This document shows positions 18,790-27,578 of a DNA stretch of 64,000 bases, piece by piece (the stretch's first letter is position 1; the number at the start of each line of letters is the position of its first letter). This stretch comes from Alphaproteobacteria bacterium (GTDB taxonomy: Bacteria > Pseudomonadota > Alphaproteobacteria > JAEULC01), in contig JADLEG010000183.1 of the NCBI GenBank assembly GCA_020846275.1, forward strand, positions 9,693 to 73,692, written 5' to 3'. Both the position numbers and the translations under genes were made by a program. Below the pieces are notes generated by a model, which worked only from the letters and a program-made list of their open reading frames with translations, did not search any database and was not told the DNA's origin.

Positions 18790-19080
18790 CGAAGCTCCTG
18801 ACTGCCTGCGGCGGAACGCCGGGCCGCGATGTTAATGCACCATCCCCATGCAAGCCAAGCGATGCGAGTACGCGGCGCGCAGATCGCCCGCCCCTGCAAG
18901 GATCGGCGCATCGGCCGGGCGTGGCGGCAGGCGCTACGCAGGGACGGGCAAGCCTCGCATTGATGCTCGTTTGGCGGTTGCCGGCAACACCGCGTGGTGC
19001 GGTTCGCCGTTACATTTGCCACGCAGAAAAAACGCCGTCAGCGGCAAGCACGGCAAACGTCGGTCGCGTTGCCGCCCGGC

Positions 19081-19848
19081 TCAGGTCCAGCCGCCGTCCA
19101 CGACGAAGTTCTGCGCCGTGCAGTTCTCGCTGTCGTCGGCGGCGAGCCACAGCACCATGCGCGCGATGTCCGCCGGGTAGAGCTTGCGCTTCAGGCACTG
19201 GTTTTCCATCAGCTGCCGCTCGCCGTCGGCGTCGAGCCACAGCTTCACCTGGCGCTCGGTCATGATCCAGCCCGGCACAACGGTATTGACGCGGATGTTG
19301 TCGGGGCCGAAGTCGCGCGCGAGGCCGCGGGTGATGCCATGGACCGCGGCCTTGCTGGCCGTGTAGGCGGGATAGCCGCCCTCGGCGTTCATCCACGAGA
19401 TCGAGCCGAAATTGATGATCGATCCGCCGCCGGCCTGCTTCATCTGCGGGATCGCCGCCTGGGCGGCGAAAAACTGGTGGCGCAGGTTGGTGGCGATGCG
19501 CTCGTCCCAATAGGGCACGGTCACGTCTTCGACCTTGTGGCGGTCGTCGTTGGCGGCGTTGTTGACCAGCGCGCGGATCGGGCCCAGTTCGCGCCCCACG
19601 CGCGCGATCGCCGCGCGCAGCGCCTCGATGTCCCTGAGGTCGCATTCAATGAACTGCGGCCGCGCATGGCCCGCCGCGGCGATGCGCTCGGCCAGCTCGC
19701 GCGCGGCGGCGGCCGCGATGTCGACGAAGGCCACGCGGGAGCCCTGCGCCGCGAAATGCTCGACGATGCCGGCGCCGATGCCCGATCCGCCGCCGGTGAC
19801 GAACACGACGCGGTCGCGCAGGCTGGGATAGATGGCGTACGGGGCCAT
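19081..19848 (-). CDS. SDR family NAD(P)-dependent oxidoreductase
   Basis: 255 aa. TGGGSGIG Rossmann motif, NNAA, and the catalytic YTASK (YxxxK). Confidence 0.9.
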   Translation of the reverse strand: MAPYAIYPSLRDRVVFVTGGGSGIGAGIVEHFAAQGSRVAFVDIAAAAARELAERIAAAGHARPQFIECDLRDIEALRAAIARVGRELGPIRALVNNAANDDRHKVEDVTVPYWDERIATNLRHQFFAAQAAIPQMKQAGGGSIINFGSISWMNAEGGYPAYTASKAAVHGITRGLARDFGPDNIRVNTVVPGWIMTERQVKLWLDADGERQLMENQCLKRKLYPADIARMVLWLAADDSENCTAQNFVVDGGWT

Positions 19849-19879
19849 GCCTTCTCCTCCATACGGATCGACGGCGAGG

Positions 19880-20608
19880 CTATTCGGCGGCGTCGGCCAT
19901 GGCCAGCGGCTCGGCGCCGCGACGCCGGCGCGCCGCCACCGCCTGGCGCACGTCGCGCTCGGACTGGGCGAGCAGGCGCTCCATCGCCCGGCGCGCCCGC
20001 TGCGGCTGGCGATTGCGGATCGCGGTCAGCACGTCGCGATGCAGCGGCAGCGAATGCCGCTGGCCGCGCGGATTGTCGTTCGACAGGCGAAAGCTCATCA
20101 GCAGCGCGGTTTCGATCAGCATGCCCAGGGAACCGATCATCTCGTTGCCGGTCAGGCGCAGGATCGACTGGTGGAACCGGCGATCCGGCTCCTCGAACTT
20201 CTCGCCGTCGTCCCCGGCCGCGTCCATGCCGCGATAGGCGTGCTCCATGCGCCGAACGCCGGCATCGTCGGCGCGTTCCGCGGCGAGCGCCGCGGCCGCC
20301 GGCTCGATCACCCGGCGCAGCTGGAAGACGTCGCGGATATGGGTCTCGATCAACCCCGTGGAGAAGCGCCAGACCAGGACATCGGGATCGAGGAAGTTCC
20401 ATTCCTCGCGGGGGCGCACGCGCGTGCCGGTCTTGGGCTGCGAGGCGATCAGGCCCTTGGCCGCCAGCACCTTGATCGCCTCGCGCAGCGCGGTGCGGCT
20501 GACGCCAAGCTGCACGCTCCAAACGGCCTCGCTGGGCAAGGGCGTGTCCGGGCGCAGTTCGCCCTGGACGATGCGCCGGCCGATCGCATGCGCGATGCGC
20601 CCGTGCAG
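19880..20608 (-). CDS. GntR family transcriptional regulator (FadR/FCD subfamily); start codon uncertain
   Basis: HTH …IAHAIGRRIVQGELRPDTPLPSEAVWSVQLGVSRTALREAIKVLAAKGLI plus an FCD domain. The ORF-track TTG start at 20539 falls inside the HTH. The frame stays open upstream to 20701 with no ATG/GTG/TTG; the 20608 end assumes a CTG start. The true start is unresolved. Confidence 0.65.
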   Translation of the reverse strand: MHGRIAHAIGRRIVQGELRPDTPLPSEAVWSVQLGVSRTALREAIKVLAAKGLIASQPKTGTRVRPREEWNFLDPDVLVWRFSTGLIETHIRDVFQLRRVIEPAAAALAAERADDAGVRRMEHAYRGMDAAGDDGEKFEEPDRRFHQSILRLTGNEMIGSLGMLIETALLMSFRLSNDNPRGQRHSLPLHRDVLTAIRNRQPQRARRAMERLLAQSERDVRQAVAARRRRGAEPLAMADAAE

Positions 20609-20744
20609 GCTGCGTTGCGAGAAGGTGCGGCGGGGGCGCGCGTGGGGGGCGGGGCGGGGCGCGATGGGGTTGTCCTCCCAATCCTCATACGATATGAGTA
20701 GTTATTGCCGCGAACAAAAAGCCCGTCAAGCAACGGAAACAGGG

Positions 20745-21686
20745 ATGCCGCCTTCCGCAGACTCCGCGAGACGCCCGACGGCCGCCGAGGCCGTGGTGAC
20801 GCTTGTGGCCGGCCCCAGCACCCTGGCGGTCGCACCGGCGGCCGGCGGCGCCATCGCGTGCTATCGCACCGAGGCCGCGGGCGGCGCCATCGACTGGCTG
20901 CGGCCGGCAACGCCGGCGGCGATCGCGGCCGGCCAGTCGGACGCAATGGGCTGCTTTCCGCTGGTTCCGTTCTCGAACCGCGTGCGCGACGGACGATTCC
21001 GCTTCCGCGGCCGCGCGGTGGCGATGCCGGCCAACGTGCCCGGCCAGGCCCATGTCGAGCATGGCCACGGCTGGCAGCGGCCCTGGCGCGTCGTCGCCAA
21101 GGAACCGCGGATGCTGGCAATCGAGTACACGCACCAGGCGGACGCCTGGCCCTTCACCTATCGTGCCCGCCAGACCTTCCGCCTGGCCGAGGATATGCTC
21201 GACGTGACGATCGGCGCGCGCAATCTGGGCGACGCGCCGATGCCGGTCGGGCTGGGGTTGCATCCCTATTTCCCCCGCACGGCCACGACGCGGCTGACGG
21301 CCGCGGTCCAGCGGATGTGGGCGACGGACCACGAGGTGATGCCGACCGCGCTGGTCGACCTGCCGGCCGAGCGGCGCCTGGACGACGGCGTGGCGGTGGA
21401 CAGGGTCGCGATGGACAACGCGTTCACCGGCTGGGCCGGGCGGGCGACGATCGAATGGCCGGACAGCGGTGCCGTACTGACGATGACGGCGGCGGCGCCG
21501 CTGTCGTTCCTGGTCGTCTACACGCCGCCGGGTGAGGCCTATTTCTGCGTCGAGCCGGTCAGCAACTGCACGGACGCATTCAACCTGGCCGAATCCGGCC
21601 GCGACGACACGGGCATGATCGTGCTCGCGCCCGGCGCGTCGCTGCACACCAACGTCCGCTTCGCGATCAAGATCAACCGGAACTGA
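20745..21686 (+). CDS. aldose 1-epimerase (galactose mutarotase-like) family protein
   Basis: 313 aa from the internal ATG. …HVEHGHGWQRPW…, …GLHPYF… match the aldose-epimerase fold. The upstream 166 aa of the ORF-track frame overlaps the GntR gene and was rejected. Confidence 0.8.
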   Translation: MPPSADSARRPTAAEAVVTLVAGPSTLAVAPAAGGAIACYRTEAAGGAIDWLRPATPAAIAAGQSDAMGCFPLVPFSNRVRDGRFRFRGRAVAMPANVPGQAHVEHGHGWQRPWRVVAKEPRMLAIEYTHQADAWPFTYRARQTFRLAEDMLDVTIGARNLGDAPMPVGLGLHPYFPRTATTRLTAAVQRMWATDHEVMPTALVDLPAERRLDDGVAVDRVAMDNAFTGWAGRATIEWPDSGAVLTMTAAAPLSFLVVYTPPGEAYFCVEPVSNCTDAFNLAESGRDDTGMIVLAPGASLHTNVRFAIKINRN

Positions 21687-21704
21687 AAAGGGAAGGAGAA
21701 TCCG

Positions 21705-22697
21705 ATGTCCAAGGCGCTCAACGCACTACGCAACGCCGGCTTCGGGCTGGCGCTGGGGCTGGCGGCGACCGGCGCGCCCGCCTGGTCCGCGACCAACACC
21801 GTCGTCATCTACAACGCCGTCAGCACCAAGCTGATCCAGGCCTTCGCCGAGGAGTTCCAGAAGCAGAACCCGGGCGTCAAGGCCGAGATCATCAGCGGCG
21901 GCAGCGGCGAATTGCTGACCCGCATCAAGGCCGAGCGCGCCAATCCGCGCGGCGACGTGCTGGTCGGCCCGGATGCCGACGTGTTCGACGCCGAGATCGA
22001 CCTGTTCGAAGCGTATGATTCCAAGGAGAAGGCCGGCTTCGACAAGGCCGCCGTGCATCCCCAGGGCAAGTACTACGGTTTCTCCACCAACTTCCAGGCC
22101 TTCATCGTCAACACCAAGATGATGCCGCTGGACAAGGCGCCGAAGAGCTGGGCCGACCTCGCGAAGCCGGAATTCAAGGGCAAGATCCTGATGGCCAACC
22201 CGGCCCAGTCCGGCTCGGCCTATTCGCAGATGCACCAGATCCTGATGCTCTATGGCTGGGACGTGATGGGGAAGATCATCCAGAACGCCACCTTCGTGCC
22301 CAGCTCGAAGCTGGCGTTCCAGAACGTAGCCAAGGGCGAGATCGCGGTCGGGCTGACCAGCGAGTTCAACATCCTGGTATCGAAGCTCGAGGGCAACCCG
22401 GTCGACTTCGTCTATCCCAGCGACGGGACCGCGCTGATCAACGACGCCAACGGCATCATCAAGGGCGGGCCGAACGGCGAGAACGCGCGGAAGTTCATCG
22501 ACTACGTCAGTTCGAAGCAGGCCCACACGATCCTGGTCGACCTCGACAAGCGGCGCTCCGCCCGGCTCGACGTAGCACCGCCTCCCGGCCTGCCGGACGC
22601 CAAGGGCATCAAGACCTTCGCCTACGACTCGGCCGGCGCCGCCAAGAACCGCACCGAGGAGCTCGAGAAGTTCGACAAGCTCTTCTCGGCGAAATAG
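21705..22697 (+). CDS. ABC transporter substrate-binding protein (family 1)
   Basis: Signal peptide …ALGLAATGAPAWSA. PotD/AfuA-like binding protein. 18 bp after the epimerase gene. Confidence 0.85.
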   Translation: MSKALNALRNAGFGLALGLAATGAPAWSATNTVVIYNAVSTKLIQAFAEEFQKQNPGVKAEIISGGSGELLTRIKAERANPRGDVLVGPDADVFDAEIDLFEAYDSKEKAGFDKAAVHPQGKYYGFSTNFQAFIVNTKMMPLDKAPKSWADLAKPEFKGKILMANPAQSGSAYSQMHQILMLYGWDVMGKIIQNATFVPSSKLAFQNVAKGEIAVGLTSEFNILVSKLEGNPVDFVYPSDGTALINDANGIIKGGPNGENARKFIDYVSSKQAHTILVDLDKRRSARLDVAPPPGLPDAKGIKTFAYDSAGAAKNRTEELEKFDKLFSAK

Positions 22698-22775
22698 TTT
22701 CCTCTCTCCTTTGAGCGGGGAGCCCCGGCACGGGCTCCCCGCGCTCTTTTCACCGATCGCGCCTGGACCAGACGC

Positions 22776-23876
22776 ATGCTGTCCGTCCGCGAGCTGACCA
22801 AGACCTTCGGCGCGCCACCCGACCGGCTGGTGGCCGTCGACCGCGTGAGCCTGGACGTCAACGACGGCGAATTCTTCACGATGCTGGGGCCCTCCGGCTG
22901 CGGCAAGACGACGACGCTGCGGATGATCGCCGGGCTCGAGCAGGCGACGTCCGGCTCGATCATGTTCGACGGCCAGGACTACACGCGCGTGCCGCCCCAG
23001 CGCCGCAACATCGGCATGGTGTTCCAGTCCTACGCGCTGTTCCCGCATCTCAGCGTGTTCGAGAACGTGGCCTATGGCCTGCGGCCGCGCGGCGTGGCGC
23101 GTGAAGAGATCGCGAGCCGGACCGACGAGGTGCTGCGCGCGCTGCAGCTCGACCGGTATCGCGACCGCCTGCCGGCCACGCTGTCGGGCGGGCAGCAGCA
23201 GCGCGTGTCGATCGCCCGCGCGCTGGTCTACCGCCCCTCGATGCTGCTGCTCGACGAACCGCTGGCCAACCTGGACGCCAAGCTGCGCGTGCAGATGCGC
23301 GAGGAGATCCGGCGCATCCAGCGCGAGTTCGGGATTCTGTCGCTCTACGTCACGCACGACCAGGAAGAGGCGATGGCGATCTCCGATCGCCTGGCGCTGT
23401 TCAACGCGGGCCGGCTGGTCCAGCTCGGCCGCCCGCGCGATGTCTATCGCCACCCGGCCTCGCTGTTCGCCGCCGAGTTCATCGGCCGGGCCAACCTCCT
23501 GCGCGCCAAGGTACTGGACCGCGCCGCCGGCGCGGCGAAGGTCATGCTGCCCGGCGGCGGCATGGTCGCGGTCCCGCGCGTCGTGGCGCTCGGCGACGCC
23601 GAGACGGCGCGCGTGCCGCCGGATGCCGACGCGCTGCTGATGGCACGGCCGGAATCGATGAAGCTCGGCCCGATCGAGGGCCGCATGCCCGGAAGGATCC
23701 TCCGCGCGCAGGATCTGGGCGGGACGAACCGATATATCATTGCGGCCGAGGCGGCGCTGGGCGAGCTGACGGTCGAGGCCGCGCGCTCGGCGCCGGAATA
23801 CGGCGAGGGTGCGTCGGTCGGGCTGGCGCTCAACGCCGAGGAATGCGTGCTGTTCATCCGGCCGGACCCGCGATGA
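22776..23876 (+). CDS. ABC transporter ATP-binding protein (PotA/FbpC-type)
   Basis: GPSGCGKTT, LSGGQQQRVSIARA, LLLDEPLANLD, and a TOBE C-terminus. Confidence 0.9.
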   Translation: MLSVRELTKTFGAPPDRLVAVDRVSLDVNDGEFFTMLGPSGCGKTTTLRMIAGLEQATSGSIMFDGQDYTRVPPQRRNIGMVFQSYALFPHLSVFENVAYGLRPRGVAREEIASRTDEVLRALQLDRYRDRLPATLSGGQQQRVSIARALVYRPSMLLLDEPLANLDAKLRVQMREEIRRIQREFGILSLYVTHDQEEAMAISDRLALFNAGRLVQLGRPRDVYRHPASLFAAEFIGRANLLRAKVLDRAAGAAKVMLPGGGMVAVPRVVALGDAETARVPPDADALLMARPESMKLGPIEGRMPGRILRAQDLGGTNRYIIAAEAALGELTVEAARSAPEYGEGASVGLALNAEECVLFIRPDPR

Positions 23877-25549
23877 CCGATCGGCGCATGCCCGGCCAGG
23901 CCTTGCCGCTCGTCCTCGGCACCTGCGCGGTCGTCATCGCCCTGCTGTTCCTGGTCTACCCGATCGGCAGCGCGACGCTGGGCGCCTTCCTGCGCAACGG
24001 CAAGCCGCTCGCGATCGAGAACCTGACCCTGGCCAATTTCGAGCGCTTCCTGACCTCCGGCAGCTACCAGCGCGCGTTCTGGCATTCGGTCGTGACGGGC
24101 GCGGCGTCGACCATCGTCGCCACCGCCCTGTCGCTGCCGATGGCCTATGCCGTCGCCCGCGCCGCCATGCCGCTGCGCTCGCTGGTGCTGGCGCTGTCGG
24201 TGCTGCCGCTGATCTCGCCGCCCTTCATCGGCGCCTATGCCTGGGTGATCCTGCTCGGCAACAACGGCATCATCAGCAACCTGCTGCGCGACTATGTCGG
24301 CCTCGGCCTGCCGTCGATCTACGGGCCGTTCGGCGTGACCGTGGCCCTGGCGCTGAGCTACTTCCCCTACACCTTTCTGGTGCTGCAGGGCGCGATGGCG
24401 GCGGTCGACACCAGCATCGAGGAGGCCGCCACCATCGCCGGCGCGTCGCGCTGGCGCGTGCTGCGCACGGTCACCTTTCCGATGATCCTGCCCTCGATCG
24501 CCGCCGGCATGCTGATCGTGTTCATCAAGGCGATCGGCGATTTCGGCGTGCCGGCGATCCTCGGCGGCGAATACCAGGTCCTGCCGACGCTGATCTACTA
24601 CCAGATCCACGGCTTCTTCAACCTGAACGCAGCGGCGGCCATCGCCATGGTGAACGTAGCCCTGACCGTGCTGGCGCTCGGCGCCCTGGCCTGGATCAAC
24701 CGCACGCGCGGCGTCGCGACGGTGACCGGCACGGCACGGCGCGCGGCGCGGCCCCTGCCGGCGGGACTGCGCTGGAGCGCCATCGCCTATGTCTGGCTCG
24801 TGCTCCTGGTCGCCAACCTGCCGCAGCTCGTGGTGGTGTTGTACTCCTTCTCCGAGCGCTGGGGCGACACGCTGCTGCCCTCGGTCTACGGGCTCGAGAA
24901 TTATCGCCGGGTGATGGGCGAGCTTGGCACCGTCGTGTGGAATACGGTGGTGCTGGCCGGCGCGGCCACGATCCTGTGCCTGGCGTTCGGGGCGGTGGCC
25001 GCGCACGCGACCGCGCGCGGGCGGATCTACGGGCGATGGGCGGTCGATCTGATCATCATGGTGCCGTTCGTCCTGCCCGGGCTGGTGATCGGCGTTGCCT
25101 ACCTGACCGCCTTCAACGAAGGGCCGCTGGTGCTGACCGGCACGGCGGCGATCCTGATCCTGGCCTATTTCACGCGGCGCGTGGCCTTCGTGTTCCGCTC
25201 GGCCAGCGCCGCCATCACCCAGGTCGACCGCCGGCTCGAGGAGGCCTCGACGATCTGCGGTGCGGACTGGGCGATGACGATGCGCCGCGTCGTGCTGCCC
25301 CTGATCGCGCCGGCGCTGTTGGCCGGGGGCATCCTGGTCTTCGCCACGCTGATCGGCGAGATCAGCGTCACGGTGCTGCTGTATTCCGCGCGCTGGAAGA
25401 CCATCACCATCGCGATCTACGAGTACCTGCTGGGCAACGACATCGCCAAGGCGAGCGCGCTCGGCACCGTGACGATCGTGCTGACGCTGATCCTGGTCGC
25501 CGGCGCCAGCAGGCTCGCCGGGCGCAACATGGCCGACATGTTCCGCTAG
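23873..25549 (+). CDS. ABC transporter permease, fused two-domain
   Basis: Two tandem BPD_transp_1 domains. I chose the ATG at 23873, which overlaps the ATPase stop (ATGA); the ORF track lists 23843. Confidence 0.8.
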   Translation: MTDRRMPGQALPLVLGTCAVVIALLFLVYPIGSATLGAFLRNGKPLAIENLTLANFERFLTSGSYQRAFWHSVVTGAASTIVATALSLPMAYAVARAAMPLRSLVLALSVLPLISPPFIGAYAWVILLGNNGIISNLLRDYVGLGLPSIYGPFGVTVALALSYFPYTFLVLQGAMAAVDTSIEEAATIAGASRWRVLRTVTFPMILPSIAAGMLIVFIKAIGDFGVPAILGGEYQVLPTLIYYQIHGFFNLNAAAAIAMVNVALTVLALGALAWINRTRGVATVTGTARRAARPLPAGLRWSAIAYVWLVLLVANLPQLVVVLYSFSERWGDTLLPSVYGLENYRRVMGELGTVVWNTVVLAGAATILCLAFGAVAAHATARGRIYGRWAVDLIIMVPFVLPGLVIGVAYLTAFNEGPLVLTGTAAILILAYFTRRVAFVFRSASAAITQVDRRLEEASTICGADWAMTMRRVVLPLIAPALLAGGILVFATLIGEISVTVLLYSARWKTITIAIYEYLLGNDIAKASALGTVTIVLTLILVAGASRLAGRNMADMFR

Positions 25550-26331
25550 AGGCCGGTGACCCGCTTGAGGTCGTCGACCAGTCCCGGCGTCGCGGCCAGG
25601 ACCGAATTGCCCCTGGTCATGCCGTCGCCGGCCAGGAAATCGCTGAAGCGCCCGCCTGCCTCCTCGACCAGCAGCATGCCGGCCAGCACGTCCCAGCTGT
25701 TCAGGTGGAGTTCGCAATAGGCGTCGAGGCAACCCTCGGCGACGCGCGCGAGGCCGAGCGCGGCCGAACCGACCTGGCGCACGTCGCAGCCCGCGTCGAG
25801 CAGCCGGCGCGCCAGGTCGAGGTTGTCGGCAACCGGCCGGCGCTCGGCATAGCCGTACTCGATCATCGCCTGGTCCAGCGCGCCGACATCGCTGACGCGG
25901 ATCGGCGCTTCGTCGCGAAACGAACCGCCGCCCTTCCGGGCCGTGTAGATCGCACCTGTCACCGGCTCCGCGATCGCGCCGACCACCGGCCGGCCGTCCA
26001 CGCAGAAGGCGATCGACACCGCGAAGGACGGCAGGCCGCGCGCGAAGTTGTTGGTGCCGTCGATCGGGTCCACGACCCACAGAAGCGGCGCGCTGGCGCC
26101 GCCGCCTTCCTCGCCCAGGAAACCGTCCCCTGGAAACTCGCGTGATATCCGCTCGCGGATCAACCGTTCGACCGCCAGGTCGGCGGCGGTGACGAAGTCG
26201 CGCCGCCCCTTGGCCTGCACGTTCATCCGCGCCGGGTCGCGGCGATGCTCGAGCGCCAGGGCGGCGCATTCCCGGGCCAGCGCCGTGGCGGTGGCCATGC
26301 GCCGGGCAATGTCGCGATCGGAGATCGTCAT
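25546..26331 (-). CDS. inositol monophosphatase family protein (IMPase/SuhB-like sugar phosphatase)
   Basis: 261 aa from MTISDRDIARRM. Motifs …EEGG…, WVVDPIDGTNNF, …WDVLAG…. The upstream 423 aa of the ORF-track frame was rejected. Confidence 0.85.
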   Translation of the reverse strand: MTISDRDIARRMATATALARECAALALEHRRDPARMNVQAKGRRDFVTAADLAVERLIRERISREFPGDGFLGEEGGGASAPLLWVVDPIDGTNNFARGLPSFAVSIAFCVDGRPVVGAIAEPVTGAIYTARKGGGSFRDEAPIRVSDVGALDQAMIEYGYAERRPVADNLDLARRLLDAGCDVRQVGSAALGLARVAEGCLDAYCELHLNSWDVLAGMLLVEEAGGRFSDFLAGDGMTRGNSVLAATPGLVDDLKRVTGL

Positions 26332-27578
26332 GGATGGTCCCGCGGGGTGGCTACCAGCGAAATACTGCCCGGCAGCCTTGTCGACAAGCTGGAAAGCGGG
26401 ACGCGGATGCGCCGATGGCGCAGCAGGCGCCGCACCGGCCCCCGCCACAGCAGGGCCTGATCGTGCCGCAGCCCGACGCGCGCCGAGTCCAGGTCGGCGC
26501 CGACGCGCAGGCTGGTCGGAAGCGTTGCCAGCCCGGGCACCTCGAAACTCCAGCATTGCGGCACGACGTAGCGGAACTGGGGCGCGATCGCGATGGTCGA
26601 AACCTGCCCCCGCCAGCCGATCCTTCCACCCAGGAAGGCCGCCGTGGCAGCGCCCACGCGCGCGCCCTCGATCGCCGCGAACCCGCTGCTTTCCACCGCC
26701 CGCAGCAGGTTGCCGGCGGCAAAAACGCAAGGCGCACTGGTGCGGCCGATCTGGTCGACCTGGGGTCCGCCGGTGGCGGGGTCCAGGGTCAGCCCGGCCG
26801 AGCGCGCCAGGGGCGAATCCGGCACGAAGTCGCCGGAGAACACGACGGCATCGCAAGGAATCACGCGGCGTCCCTCCGGCGATTCGATCTCGACGCCACT
26901 CACACAGGTTTCGCCGTGGATGTCCGAGATGCGCGTCGTGGCATGGATCGGCACGCCGGCAATGCAGCGGACCAGGGTCGCCACGGGCGCATAGGACATC
27001 GGCCGGTCTTCCGCCTCGACCATCGCCACGACGCTCAATCCGGCATGGCGCGCGGTCAGCAGCACCGAGAACGCGACATGCTCGGTGCCGACCACCACCA
27101 GGCGCTTGCCGTGCAGCGGCACGCCGCGTGCGATCATCTGCTGCAACTGGCCCGTGGTCAGGATGCCGCGTTCCGGCCGTCGCCCGGGAACCAGCCGTGC
27201 CGTCCGGGGCCGTTCGCGGATGCCGGTCGCCAGGATCACCGCCTTGGCGTGGACCGTCGCGGCGCCGGCGCCAGACGACAGGATCTCCAGGCGGGGACCG
27301 GCGTGCAACGCCTGCACCGTCGTGCCGGTGCGGATCTGCACGCGCGCGGGGTCCAGGGCGCCGATCAGCCGGCGGACAAGGCCCGGGCCGGTTTCCAGGC
27401 GGCGCGTGTATTCCCAGCCGAAGCCGGGATGGCGGCAGAAGCGCGGCAGGCCGCCCGGCGCATCGTCGCGATCGATGACCAGCACCGAGCGAACCCCGCC
27501 GTCGATCGCCGCGCGCGCGGCCGCCAGCCCGGCCGGGCCCGCGCCGACGATGGCACAATCGGTCTCGATCGCGCTCAT
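26328..27578 (-). CDS. NAD(P)/FAD-dependent oxidoreductase (pyridine nucleotide-disulfide oxidoreductase-like; HcnB/OoxA/GlpB-type partner subunit)
   Basis: 416 aa. N-terminal CAIVGAGPAGLAAA FAD Rossmann and a second GKRLVVVGTEHVA dinucleotide-binding motif. The ATG at 27578 overlaps the upstream stop (ATGA). Confidence 0.75.
   Translation of the reverse strand: MSAIETDCAIVGAGPAGLAAARAAIDGGVRSVLVIDRDDAPGGLPRFCRHPGFGWEYTRRLETGPGLVRRLIGALDPARVQIRTGTTVQALHAGPRLEILSSGAGAATVHAKAVILATGIRERPRTARLVPGRRPERGILTTGQLQQMIARGVPLHGKRLVVVGTEHVAFSVLLTARHAGLSVVAMVEAEDRPMSYAPVATLVRCIAGVPIHATTRISDIHGETCVSGVEIESPEGRRVIPCDAVVFSGDFVPDSPLARSAGLTLDPATGGPQVDQIGRTSAPCVFAAGNLLRAVESSGFAAIEGARVGAATAAFLGGRIGWRGQVSTIAIAPQFRYVVPQCWSFEVPGLATLPTSLRVGADLDSARVGLRHDQALLWRGPVRRLLRHRRIRVPLSSLSTRLPGSISLVATPRDHP

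Noticed and set aside
19521-20681. 386-aa minus-strand ORF overlapping the SDR and GntR genes
   Set aside because: Pro/Arg/Ala-rich junk frame. The true genes are in the other frames.
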